Part shown: in pieces, positions 38,698 through 48,363 of the stretch
How the letters are laid out: each line of letters opens with the position of its first letter
Position numbering within the stretch: position 1 is the first letter of the stretch
NCBI GenBank assembly: GCA_946540435.1
Contig: CAMNII010000005.1
Coordinates: forward strand, 2,356 to 66,355
Reading direction: 5' to 3'
Origin: an uncultured Prevotella sp.
GTDB lineage: Bacteria > Bacteroidota > Bacteroidia > Bacteroidales > Bacteroidaceae
Length of the DNA stretch: 64,000 nucleotides
Made by a program: the position numbers and the translations under genes
The notes under the pieces: model-generated
Told to the model about the DNA's origin: nothing
Seen by the model: the letters and a program-made list of their open reading frames with translations, nothing else
The model's database searches: none

Positions 38698-38918
38698 AGC
38701 CTCGAAACCTGCCAAGTTGGCGTACAAACCGCCTCGCCCTATGCCATTCTGACAAGACAGCAACAGCAGGACTACGACCCTTCCGAACGACAAACAAATG
38801 TGAATAAAACATGCGTAGTGTTAAAATAATAAAACAAATATCCGTAAACTGGTAATAAATTGAACAATTTATATACCTTTGCAGCCATATTTGTTTAAAA
38901 TTCATTTATCGTTAAAAC

Positions 38919-40484
38919 ATGAAGACAATTAAACTGGCTCTCGTAGCCCTTGTGTTTTCAAGTCATGCTGCTTTTGCAGGTGGTTTCCTAACCAACACCA
39001 ACCAGAGTGTACTTTTCCTACGTAATCCCGCTCGCGATGCGGCAATCGGCATCGACGGCGTATACACCAACCCCGCAGGTGTGGCCTTCATGGCTGACGG
39101 CTGGCACCTGTCGTTCAACTGGCAGAACGCCCATCAGACGCGCACCATCAACTCGGCCTACGGACCACTCTTCGCCCTGAACACGAAGAACCCCGCAGCC
39201 CTCGACGCCGAGGGACTGGCATGGCGCGAGTTCAAAGGTGTGGCCGACGCCCCCTTCCTGCCCTCCCTGCAGGCTGCCTACAACAAGAACCGCTGGAGCT
39301 TCCAGTTCAACGTGGCCGTCAGCGGTGGCGGCGGCAAATGCGAATTCGAGAACGGACTGGGCTCGTTCGAAGGAGTGGTAGCCTCGATGGTTCCCCGTCT
39401 GAACGACCAGCTCGCATCAGCCGTGCCCGGCGTGACACCCTTCAGCGGATATAATCTGAACTCCTATATGAAGGGACAACAATACTACTTCGGTGCCACC
39501 CTCGGCGCCGCCTATAAGGTGACGGAGAACCTGTCGGTATACGGTGGCGTGCGCTTCCTCTATGGCACGGCAAACTACCAGGGCTACGTGAAAGACATCA
39601 ACCTCGTCGGTCCCTATACCCTCAACAACGACGTTCCTGCCCACACCATATTCGGAGAACTGAAAAACCGTGCCGCCACAGGTGCCCAGCAGGCTGCCGC
39701 AGGTGCCGCTGCCGCCGCACAGGCCGGCAATGCCGATCTGGCCGCCTACTACCAGGGGCTGGCCACAGGATATGCAGCCACCGCACAGCAGATGGGTGCT
39801 TACGAGATTGTCACTCAGGGCATCAACCTCGACTGCGACCAGTCGGGCTTCGGCATCGCGCCCATCGTCGGTGTGGACTACAAACTCGGACGCCTGAACC
39901 TCGCAGCCAAATTCGACTTCAAGGTACGCATGCGACTGAAGAACAGCAACCCTGCCGAGGGATTCAATGTCATCGCACAGGCCGTTCCGCAGCTCGCCAA
40001 GTATGCCGACGGCAACGTCGTTGCAGAGGACTCTCCTGCCCTCTTCACCTTCGGCGCACAATACGAGCTCACCGACAAGTGGCGCGTCATGGCCGGCTAC
40101 CACCACTTCTTCGACGTAGACACCAAGCAGTGGACCAAGGACCTTATCGATGACACCAACGAGTTTAACGTAGGAACGGAATACGACATCACCGACTGGC
40201 TGCAGGTGAGCGGAGGACTCCAGAAGACGAACTACGACATGGAGGAGGACTTCATGAACGACATCTCGTTCAACGTCAGCAGCTACACCTTCGGACTGGG
40301 CTTCGGTGTGAAGGTTGCCGACAACGTGAAAATCAATGCCGCCTACTTCCAGACCAACTACGACACCTACAAGAAGACCGAGCAGGTGTCTGCCAACACG
40401 ACTTCGTCAGCAACCCTTACCGTCAAGAATAACTTCACCCGCACCAACCGCGTCTTCGGCGTTGGCGTGGAGTGGGACTTTTGA
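38919..40484 (+). CDS. FadL/OmpP1-type outer-membrane transporter
   Basis: AGGFLTNTNQS, GVYTNPAG, GGGG motif, C-terminal GVGVEWDF. Confidence 0.85.
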   Translation: MKTIKLALVALVFSSHAAFAGGFLTNTNQSVLFLRNPARDAAIGIDGVYTNPAGVAFMADGWHLSFNWQNAHQTRTINSAYGPLFALNTKNPAALDAEGLAWREFKGVADAPFLPSLQAAYNKNRWSFQFNVAVSGGGGKCEFENGLGSFEGVVASMVPRLNDQLASAVPGVTPFSGYNLNSYMKGQQYYFGATLGAAYKVTENLSVYGGVRFLYGTANYQGYVKDINLVGPYTLNNDVPAHTIFGELKNRAATGAQQAAAGAAAAAQAGNADLAAYYQGLATGYAATAQQMGAYEIVTQGINLDCDQSGFGIAPIVGVDYKLGRLNLAAKFDFKVRMRLKNSNPAEGFNVIAQAVPQLAKYADGNVVAEDSPALFTFGAQYELTDKWRVMAGYHHFFDVDTKQWTKDLIDDTNEFNVGTEYDITDWLQVSGGLQKTNYDMEEDFMNDISFNVSSYTFGLGFGVKVADNVKINAAYFQTNYDTYKKTEQVSANTTSSATLTVKNNFTRTNRVFGVGVEWDF

Positions 40485-40850
40485 AATGAGAAATGAGAAA
40501 TGAGAAATGAGTAATGAGAAATGCCCGCAAAGCGACCGTTTAACTTCAAGCCGACGCTGCCCCTGCGGGGTTTCTGTCCCCCGGGAAACGGGGGAACCGA
40601 AGGGGGTTATAGAAGTTAACGTGAGTCTTGTGGGTATCGACGGAGTCAATGAGTAATTAGAAATGAGTAATTAGAAATGAGTAATTATGATTAGCCCTGC
40701 CGGATTGAGGATAGTTGCTGTATCACTCGACGTTGTGCGAGTCTATTAACATACCCTCAAGGAGGACTTGCTAATCATAATTACTCATTACTAATTTCTA
40801 ATTACTAATTACTAATTACTAATTACTCATTTCTAATTACTAATTACTAC
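40484..40850. mobile_element. Composite of a heptamer array, the CCCGCAAAGCGAC..CGACGCTGCCCCTGCGGGG module, a REP-like palindrome and a complete heptamer-armed element (40648-40850)
   Basis: Core is homologous to 4571-4650 (rc). First module is shared with 59262-59352 (rc). Confidence 0.7.
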
Positions 40851-40864
40851 AGCTAACCGCTATT

Positions 40865-42034
40865 TCACCGAATGATATTTATTTCCTTTACGACGCCCTC
40901 ACGGTCGCGCAACAGGAACAGATGCTCCTGGCCTTTGACGAAATGAAAGTTCAGGAAGTCGGCAAAGGAACGCATGGGGACGCCATCGATAGACAGGATG
41001 ATGTCGCCATGGCGCAGACCGCGCCGATAGGCATCGCTCTCCGGGAAAACCAGCCCGACAGCGGGTCGCCCGTCGACAGGCACGAATGCCACGTTGGTGT
41101 GACTGTTGCCAATCACTACGGAGTCGGCATTGTCATAGGGTTGGAAAGTCATCCGGCGCTTATGTGGGTTGATGATGACGGCGCCATATTGCAGTAGCTG
41201 CGCACCGATGCGCGAAGCACCCTGCGTGGTGATGGCCCGCAGGTCGGTGAACGCAAAGCCACCCCAGTCGAGGCGGTCCATATGCAGGAACACCACCTCG
41301 TCTTTTTCTTCTGCCCCGAGCAGACCTATCGAGAGGTGACCCTCGGTGCGGGCCTCCACCTGTTCCTCTACCTGCCGGCTTTTATATACATGACGGTCGA
41401 AGGCATCCTTGTTCATCGTATACAACTCCTTGGCTCCCGTGTCGAAGAGGACCTCATCGGTATGGCGGATGAACGGGCTCACCATCACATACGGCACGAA
41501 CCATTTCATGCGGTACCTGACGCTATACCCCTCTTCTTTATCAAAAGCTTTGCGGCGGTCGGTAAGGATGAGGATGCCCTGCCGCATGTCGAGTTTGGCG
41601 GCCAGCCCACGGTTGAACAGATCGAAGCCGATGATGCCGTCGTACTGCCGGTTGCCTATCGGACGGGGCATCACGGTGGCGACATAGTCGGTGACGAGCA
41701 GGCTCCCCATGCGGAAGGGCGGCATGGTTACCACCCGGACGGTGTCGCGACGGTTGTTGCCGTCGGCAACGACGACATTCCCTAACTCCCGCTCGCCCGT
41801 GATGGCACCACCCTGATAGAGCACGCCCTGCCCTGCACCGGTATCGAGGAGCAGGCGCCGCCGCTGCCCTTCTATCTCCACGCTCACCACGGGGCGTCCG
41901 TCGACAGCCTCGACAGGGATGGTGTCACAGAAATCGACCATCGACAGTCCGAAGTCTGCCTTGTATCGATACATCTGCGCCTGGGCGGAGGCCATGGCCA
42001 GAGAGAGGAATAGGATGGTCAGATATCTTTTCAT
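40865..42034 (-). CDS. Aspartyl protease family protein (two DTG domains) with C-terminal PDZ
   Basis: LLDTGA, YDGIIG, LFDTGA, GLRHGDIILSIDG. Confidence 0.85.
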   Translation of the reverse strand: MKRYLTILFLSLAMASAQAQMYRYKADFGLSMVDFCDTIPVEAVDGRPVVSVEIEGQRRRLLLDTGAGQGVLYQGGAITGERELGNVVVADGNNRRDTVRVVTMPPFRMGSLLVTDYVATVMPRPIGNRQYDGIIGFDLFNRGLAAKLDMRQGILILTDRRKAFDKEEGYSVRYRMKWFVPYVMVSPFIRHTDEVLFDTGAKELYTMNKDAFDRHVYKSRQVEEQVEARTEGHLSIGLLGAEEKDEVVFLHMDRLDWGGFAFTDLRAITTQGASRIGAQLLQYGAVIINPHKRRMTFQPYDNADSVVIGNSHTNVAFVPVDGRPAVGLVFPESDAYRRGLRHGDIILSIDGVPMRSFADFLNFHFVKGQEHLFLLRDREGVVKEINIIR

Positions 42035-42082
42035 TACTTTGCAAAGGTACGAAGAAGTGAGGATAACACCAAAAAAAACATG

Positions 42083-42122
42083 AAAAATCGCCCGCAGCAC
42101 GTATCATTCGTACTGCGGGCGA
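42083..42122 (-). terminator. Intrinsic terminator
   Basis: TCGCCCGCAG / CTGCGGGCGA stem with an A-run. Confidence 0.7.
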
Positions 42123-42140
42123 CGGTATGCTGACAGCCAT

Positions 42141-44336
42141 TTACTTCGCCGTGAAGGAGGTGACGTTGTTGCTGCCGCTTGCCGTGCTGCCGATGTAGAG
42201 TCCGTGCCAGGCGGTGGCGGCATCGGTAGGAGCGGTGGTGCTGTACTTGATGGTATAGCTGTTGCCCGACTTCATACCTGTGGCGGTGATGAGGCTCAGC
42301 GAGCTCGAGACCGATGCAGGGAAGCTGTAGGTGACGAGGTTGTTACCTGAGTTGTCGGCCACGGTATAGTAGCGTCCTGCGGAATAGGAGATGCTATTGG
42401 TGATGAAGGCATAGCCCTGCTTGGCGTTGCTGATGGTGTTGCCCGATGAGGAGCCGCCCCATCCGCCACCGCCACCGCCTTGTGCGGCACCGGCGCTGAT
42501 GCCTATTCCCGTCCCGGTAATCTGGATATAGGAGTTATTGTCGCAGTCGAACCCTTCTTCCGGTGCCCCTTTCGAGGTGTAGGCAAAGACGGCACCGTTG
42601 CCGATGGTGATGGCGCCGGTGGTGCCTGCGTTGGAGTCTACGGAGTCGTTGCCGTTGGAGTAGCAAACGGTGACGCCGCCGTTGAAGAATATCTTTCCTG
42701 AGGAGTTGATGCAGTCGTCGTAGCACTGGAAGTAGTGCTTGCCGCCTTCGATGTATACGGCGGTCTTCGACTCCAGTCCTTCAGCACCGTCCTTTGTGGT
42801 GGTGACGACGACCTCGCCGCCATAGAGTGTTGTCGCGCAGATGGCCTTGATACCTTTGGCTGACGAGCCGCTGCTGCTCTGGCCGCCTCCGCCGGGTCTG
42901 CCGCCACCCCAGCCTCCTCCGCCACCAGACGACGAGCCGAGCTGTGCTCCTGTGGTGCTGATGGTGAGGGTGGGTCCGTTGCCGTCGGTGGTGCCGATGG
43001 TGAACGTGCCGGTGACATTGGTATAGCGGGTGGTCTGTCCGCTGGTGGTCTTCGTTCCGTCGCCCACGCGGATGCCTTTACCTCCTGTTCCCGTCATCGT
43101 GATGGTGATGGTGCCGCTGTTGAGAGCCATGCTGAGGGCTTTGAAGCCCTTTGCGGTGCAGTTGTCGGAGGAGACGGTCTGTCCGGCTCCGCTGTTGTTG
43201 ACGGTGATGGTGCCGCCGTTGACGGTGAGGGTATTGTCGGCAGCGAGTCCGCGTCCGGCATTGCCGGTGACGGTGATGTCGAGTGTTCCTCCGTTGACGG
43301 TGACGTTTGTCCCCTTGATGCCTGCGGTGTAGGCAAGGTCAGATGAGTCGGTGGTGTCGATGGCTCCTGCTGCCTTCAGGGTGATGTCGCCGCCGTTGAT
43401 GACGGCGTCGCCGTCGGCCTTCATGCACTTTGTACCCGCCGCGGTGGCCTCGATGTTGACGGTACCACCGTCGATATATATGTTGCCGGTGTCCTCGTCC
43501 TCGTGACCCGTTGTCTCACCGGTGGATGTGGTGCCGTCGAGCTCGGTCTGTATGCCGTCGTCGCCGACGTTCTTGATGGTGAGCGTACCGCTCTCCATGA
43601 GGAAGTATTCGTTGGCGTGGAGTCCGTCTTTTACGGCTTTAAGGACGTTCAGCGTAAGGTTTTTCACGGTCATGAAGTCGCTGGTCTTGATGCCATGTGC
43701 CGTATTGCCATAGACATTGAGCGTTCCCTGGCCCTTGATCTCGGCGTGTCCCTTGATGACGAAGCATGCCTTCTGGGTGCCGTTGGACCCGTCGGTGAGG
43801 GTGTTGACGGTTCCTTTCTTCACGGTGACATTGATTTTCTTTCCGTTCTGGATATCAATGGCGGCGCCGGAGGGATTGGTGAGGGTGAGGCCGTCGAGGG
43901 TGAGGTCCATCTTGTAGGTGCCTTCCATATAGAAGGAGCCGTCGGAGGAGTTGCCGGCAAGGATGTATTCTATCTTGCCGGTGTCATCGCCGAGGTCGTC
44001 GCTTTGCACGAGGGAGACATGTGCTCCGCTGACCGTTGCCGACACAAACTGCGCGACGTTGCCCGCCACGGTGACGGTGGCCGTTGTCCCGTTGTACTGC
44101 ACATTAACGGTATTGTCGGTGACCTCGGTGTCGTCGACATACATCTCGCTGATGTCGCTGAGGGTGAAGGTGCGTCCCATGATGTCGATGGTGGTACCGT
44201 CGGCATACGTCATGTCGCCAGCCTGTGAGGCCGGGAACTGATAGGTGACGTTTCCGGTGACGACATTCAAGGTCTGTGCCATGGTGATTTCTGAGACTGT
44301 CACCAGGGCAGCAAGGAGAGTCAGTATCTTTTTCAT
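42141..44336 (-). CDS. Cthe_2159-like (carbohydrate-binding domain) beta-helix protein
   Basis: YILAGNSSDG, LTLDGLTLTN, NTLTDG, DGLHAN, EGLESK, DDCINS, EGFDCD repeats; Gly-rich loops. Confidence 0.85.
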   Translation of the reverse strand: MKKILTLLAALVTVSEITMAQTLNVVTGNVTYQFPASQAGDMTYADGTTIDIMGRTFTLSDISEMYVDDTEVTDNTVNVQYNGTTATVTVAGNVAQFVSATVSGAHVSLVQSDDLGDDTGKIEYILAGNSSDGSFYMEGTYKMDLTLDGLTLTNPSGAAIDIQNGKKINVTVKKGTVNTLTDGSNGTQKACFVIKGHAEIKGQGTLNVYGNTAHGIKTSDFMTVKNLTLNVLKAVKDGLHANEYFLMESGTLTIKNVGDDGIQTELDGTTSTGETTGHEDEDTGNIYIDGGTVNIEATAAGTKCMKADGDAVINGGDITLKAAGAIDTTDSSDLAYTAGIKGTNVTVNGGTLDITVTGNAGRGLAADNTLTVNGGTITVNNSGAGQTVSSDNCTAKGFKALSMALNSGTITITMTGTGGKGIRVGDGTKTTSGQTTRYTNVTGTFTIGTTDGNGPTLTISTTGAQLGSSSGGGGGWGGGRPGGGGQSSSGSSAKGIKAICATTLYGGEVVVTTTKDGAEGLESKTAVYIEGGKHYFQCYDDCINSSGKIFFNGGVTVCYSNGNDSVDSNAGTTGAITIGNGAVFAYTSKGAPEEGFDCDNNSYIQITGTGIGISAGAAQGGGGGGWGGSSSGNTISNAKQGYAFITNSISYSAGRYYTVADNSGNNLVTYSFPASVSSSLSLITATGMKSGNSYTIKYSTTAPTDAATAWHGLYIGSTASGSNNVTSFTAK

Positions 44337-44725
44337 TTTAGCTGCACTTTCTTTGGTTGTCCGTTTTTCACGATGATATACGTTCCTTTAGGCATTGCCG
44401 AAGGGTTGCTGATGCGCATGCCCTGCAGGTTGTACACGGCGCCATCGGCAATCAGGGAGGTGGCTTCGTCGGCAGTAATGGTTCCTATGGCTGTGGCGGC
44501 ATCATTGGTGAAGTACATCTTCTTCAGGTCGGTGAGTGTCACTTGTGTCTGTCCGTCGGCCGATGATGCTACGAGGCAACCGTCGGAGAAGGTCACCTTG
44601 AGCTGTTCCACGCTGACGGTTCTGACGGTACCGTCGCTGGTCTCGATGGCCAGGTATTTATAGTCGCCGGCTGCGGCTGCCAGGGTGGTGATGAGGAGGA
44701 ATAATCCTAAAAACAATCTTTTCAT
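44333..44725 (-). CDS. Small secreted protein with T9SS-type tail
   Basis: Signal peptide; LTDLKKMYF; VYNLQGMRI...KGTYII. Confidence 0.7.
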   Translation of the reverse strand: MKRLFLGLFLLITTLAAAAGDYKYLAIETSDGTVRTVSVEQLKVTFSDGCLVASSADGQTQVTLTDLKKMYFTNDAATAIGTITADEATSLIADGAVYNLQGMRISNPSAMPKGTYIIVKNGQPKKVQLK

Positions 44726-44813
44726 ATCTACATTCTCCTATATTCTACTTAGTCCTATATAATAATAATGTATTAAGAAGCGATGGTATGTTTCTCTGCT
44801 GCAAAGTTAACAC

Positions 44814-44856
44814 AAACAGGCTGTTCTCCGAAAAATAATCAGAGAACAGCCTGTTT
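44814..44856. terminator. Inverted repeat after the short Cthe_2159-like gene
   Basis: AAACAGGCTGTTCTC / GAGAACAGCCTGTTT. Confidence 0.6.
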
Positions 44857-44877
44857 TCTTCAGTGAAATGCTACGGG

Positions 44878-45855
44878 TCAGCGCATCCACACTTTCTTCA
44901 CGACGCCGTTCTCCCTGACGATGCAGATGCCGCGCTGGGGAAGTCCGGTGAGGCGGCGGCCAAGCATGTCATAGACCTCGGTAGCAGCATTGTCCGATGC
45001 TGTCACGCCGTCGACGGCGGCAGCATTATTCTCGGAGATGTTGGTGGTGTCGAAGTTCTGTGTTCCTCCTGTGAACGAGATGGTACCGTCGGTCTTCACG
45101 CAGTTGTTACCGACGCCGCTGATGGTCAGCGTGCCACCTGTCATATAGAAGTTTCCGGTATCCTCTTCCTCGTGGTCTACGGTCTCGCCTGTCGAGACGA
45201 GTTCCTTGAGTTCCACCTGTATGCCGTCGTCACCGGCTCCTGCGATGTTCACTACTCCACTTTCCATCAGGAAGTACTGTTTGCAGTGGATGGCATCTTT
45301 CACTGCGGACTGGATGTTGATGGTGCAGTTTTTCACTTCGACATATTCCTTGCTGTAGATGGCATGTCGACTGTTTCCGGTGACGTAGAGTGTTCCCTTT
45401 CCTTTGAACTTCGTGTGTCCCTTGCAGTGGTAGGCACCGTTGTAATCGGTCTCTACGGCTCCGTCGACGAGTCGGCTGGTGGTACCGCTCTTCACGCTGA
45501 CATCGACGCGCTTTCCGTTCTGGATGTTGATGGCCGGCCCTGAGGGGTTGGTGATGGAGACGCCGCTCAGTGTGAGGGTGCACTTATAGGAGCCTTCGAG
45601 ATAGAATTCTCCGTCGGTAGTCGACCCGGAGAGGATGTAGAAGATCTCGCCGGTGGCATCACTGACTTGGTCGCTCTGAATAATCTTCACATGCGACGAG
45701 TTGCCGCTCGACACGGTGATATAGTCGGCGATGTCGCTGGTTGGCGTCACCGTGGCGGTGTTTCCGTTGTATACGATGGTAACGGTATTGGTTGTTGCTG
45801 CGAACCCTGCGGCTGTCATCAGCAGCACCAGCAGGGAAATCATTATTTTCTTCAT
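44878..45855 (-). CDS. Cthe_2159-like beta-helix protein with T9SS-type tail
   Basis: Paralogous to the N-terminal half of 42141-44336 (AINIQNGKR, YFLMESG, DDGIQ, EEDTGN); tail VYDMLGRRL. Confidence 0.82.
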   Translation of the reverse strand: MKKIMISLLVLLMTAAGFAATTNTVTIVYNGNTATVTPTSDIADYITVSSGNSSHVKIIQSDQVSDATGEIFYILSGSTTDGEFYLEGSYKCTLTLSGVSITNPSGPAINIQNGKRVDVSVKSGTTSRLVDGAVETDYNGAYHCKGHTKFKGKGTLYVTGNSRHAIYSKEYVEVKNCTINIQSAVKDAIHCKQYFLMESGVVNIAGAGDDGIQVELKELVSTGETVDHEEEDTGNFYMTGGTLTISGVGNNCVKTDGTISFTGGTQNFDTTNISENNAAAVDGVTASDNAATEVYDMLGRRLTGLPQRGICIVRENGVVKKVWMR

Positions 45856-45910
45856 AGCCTATGTCTCTTAACCTTTTAAACTTTTACCTTTTAAACGCTT
45901 AACTCGTCAA

Positions 45911-46690
45911 CTAATACTTAAACGTGTAGGCCACGCCGATGATGTGGCGGTTGGGTTCATAGTCGGTATCGTCGTTGCTGACGTGCTGGTAGCGGTAGGC
46001 CAGCTCGAGTGCGTTATGCTTGTTGATTTTCCACTCGGTGCCCACGGAGTAGCGTATCTTCTGCACATCCCACGCATTGAACACCTCAGCGCTGACGAAG
46101 GGCGTGAGCTTGATGGCTTTGTCCTTGTATTCCACCTTCAGTCGGGAGCGCAATACGTTTTTGCCTTTGCCCCGGTAGGTGTGGGGTTTGCCGTCCCACT
46201 CCTCGTCGTAGTAGTTCCAGCGCTCGTCGACGGTGACCTCCGGCCGGTAGGTGTACTGCCAGCGTTCGCGGAGCGAGACGTTGAGTTTCCAGATGTTCAC
46301 GTCGCCGGTGAGCGATACGTTGACACGATGGCGGGTGATGTCGAACTCTCCGCGTTTCTTCGGGTCGCCGACGTTTACTTCCTGCTGCATGACCAGGTCG
46401 TCGTCCTCGTCGTAGTAGGAGATGCGCTCGGCATTCGGTTCGTTGAGCAGGCTGTATCCGGCGGATATCTTCAGTCGTTTGTTGAACTTATATCCGGCAT
46501 CGAAGCCAATGCTGAGGCGGTCGGCCACGTTGCCGTCGGTGGTTCGCAGCTCACCTTCGATGCCGATATTCACTTTCTTGCTCAGTTTCTTGTCTAATCC
46601 GATTGACGTCCACACGCCGAAGTCATCGCTCTGTGCGAAGGCGGGAAGGGCCATGACGGCTATCAGTAGTGTGATAATACTTTTTTTCAT
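45911..46690 (-). CDS. DUF2490-like outer-membrane beta-barrel
   Basis: AQSDDFGVWTSI, SLRERWQYT, LRSRLKVEY, C-terminal GVAYTFKY. Confidence 0.8.
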   Translation of the reverse strand: MKKSIITLLIAVMALPAFAQSDDFGVWTSIGLDKKLSKKVNIGIEGELRTTDGNVADRLSIGFDAGYKFNKRLKISAGYSLLNEPNAERISYYDEDDDLVMQQEVNVGDPKKRGEFDITRHRVNVSLTGDVNIWKLNVSLRERWQYTYRPEVTVDERWNYYDEEWDGKPHTYRGKGKNVLRSRLKVEYKDKAIKLTPFVSAEVFNAWDVQKIRYSVGTEWKINKHNALELAYRYQHVSNDDTDYEPNRHIIGVAYTFKY

Positions 46691-46715
46691 TACTATGGTA
46701 CTTGTATTACTGGTG

Positions 46716-47372
46716 TTAAAAGGTGGTGAGGTCCTCACGACGCAGCTTCAGCGTCTTGTCGGTCGTGTTGGGCTTCCCCTCGTAGGTGATGCGGAGCATG
46801 GCCATGTCCTTGAGGAAGTCGATGGCTCCCACTTCCACGTCGATGACCTTCACGCCGATGCGTTTCTCCAGGTCGGCGATGAGTTCCTCTCTGCGCTCGG
46901 GGACGATGAGTTCGATGCGGTCGTACTGCACCAGTTTCTTGGGGTTTTCCTTGAGGATCTTCTCACAGAGCCAGATGGCGAGGACGACGATGGTGTTCGT
47001 GGCGAGTATTTCGGCATAGCTGACTCTCGAAGCGATGGCATTGACGACGGACAGTGAGACGACGACGAAGAGGAAGGTCATCTCGCGTGCCGGCATGGCG
47101 TCGGTGCGATAGCGCATGATGGAGAAGATGCCGAAGAGTCCGATACCGATACCCATCGATGTCTTTCCGCCCAGGTCGTCGAGTCCGAAGATCATGAAGA
47201 ACACCAGGAAGAAGATGGCCACACTGGTCAGCATGAATGTGAAATAGAAATCCCTGCGCCGGCTTTTCGAGTAGTACAGGCAATTGATGATGAACCAGTT
47301 GAACACGATGCAGATGACAAACCGTATCATCATGTCTACGAACACTTGTGAGAACGAGAACAAATCTTCCAT
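46716..47372 (-). CDS. DUF4956 family membrane protein
   Basis: GIGIGLFGIFSIMRYRT..REMTFLF; YDRIELI...DLEKRIG. Confidence 0.88.
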   Translation of the reverse strand: MEDLFSFSQVFVDMMIRFVICIVFNWFIINCLYYSKSRRRDFYFTFMLTSVAIFFLVFFMIFGLDDLGGKTSMGIGIGLFGIFSIMRYRTDAMPAREMTFLFVVVSLSVVNAIASRVSYAEILATNTIVVLAIWLCEKILKENPKKLVQYDRIELIVPERREELIADLEKRIGVKVIDVEVGAIDFLKDMAMLRITYEGKPNTTDKTLKLRREDLTTF

Positions 47373-47408
47373 ATATTACTGTTGTTTTTATTATTTTCGT
47401 TGATGTCG

Positions 47409-48218
47409 TTACTGTCGGGGTGCCGGTTGCTGCCGTCTGATCTTTTCGGTGTCGCGCAGCCGTATCTTGAAACGGTTCTGGCGCAGGTCGGGGTTGGTCA
47501 GTGCCGAGCCGATGCAGTATTTGCTGAAGCCATGGGGATGGATACGCAGCTGCCGCAGCATCTCGAGGATGGGCGAGTAGACCAGTCCGTCGCGCTTGAG
47601 TTCAATGATGACGATGCCGGAGAGGTCGCACGGCCGTTGGGTCCGGATGTTGTTGAAGCACAGGTCCAGGTCGATGGTCAGCCGTTCGGTCTTGCCTTTG
47701 TTCACCAGCGTGATGCGGCGGAAGCGGTTTTCTATATGCTCGCTGAGCACCAGCGGGTCGTAGCGCAGGTGCTGGCTCAGGAAGTCGCCTATTTCCTCAT
47801 ATTGCGCATCCTGGCGCCTGAAGACGATGTCGTGTTGGGGCTGCAGGGGATTGAAGCCCTCCATGGTCATCCGTTTCTTCTTTGTCCGCCCGTGGTTGTT
47901 CTTCGTCTTCACCTCCAGGAAGTTCAGCCCGGAGTCTACGTACGACCGTATGCGCAGCTTCTGCCTGCCCGCATGCCCGTTGTGATGGACGCGGAACATG
48001 TTGCAGTCCGGCGTGTCGAAGTACATCGTGTAGTAGTTGCCGATGCGCAGCCCGTCGATTTCCTGTACGCGATAGGCATCGCGTGCCATGACGAGAAGCC
48101 GGCGCAGCATCTCCTCGTTCGTGACGAACTTGGTGTCTGTGCGGTTCATCAGCCGTATGCCGCTCATCTCGTCGAGGGTTATCGGCTCGTAGCTACTGAG
48201 GATTTCATCTATCGTCAT
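47409..48218 (-). CDS. VTC-domain (polyphosphate polymerase-like, TTM fold) protein
   Basis: LMNRTDTKF, YFDT, KLRIRSY, FLEVKTK, RITLV, ERLTID, IIELK and FSKYC motifs. Confidence 0.9.
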   Translation of the reverse strand: MTIDEILSSYEPITLDEMSGIRLMNRTDTKFVTNEEMLRRLLVMARDAYRVQEIDGLRIGNYYTMYFDTPDCNMFRVHHNGHAGRQKLRIRSYVDSGLNFLEVKTKNNHGRTKKKRMTMEGFNPLQPQHDIVFRRQDAQYEEIGDFLSQHLRYDPLVLSEHIENRFRRITLVNKGKTERLTIDLDLCFNNIRTQRPCDLSGIVIIELKRDGLVYSPILEMLRQLRIHPHGFSKYCIGSALTNPDLRQNRFKIRLRDTEKIRRQQPAPRQ

Positions 48219-48363
48219 AGCGACTGCAAAGATAAAAAGAAAAATTCATACTAACCAACAATTTTTCATAAAACGGTAGTTTTTTTAAACAAATCACTTA
48301 TTTTTTTTGTTCTTTTATATAAAAACAAGTACCTTTGCACTGCTACTGCTTTTGTTTTTTAAT

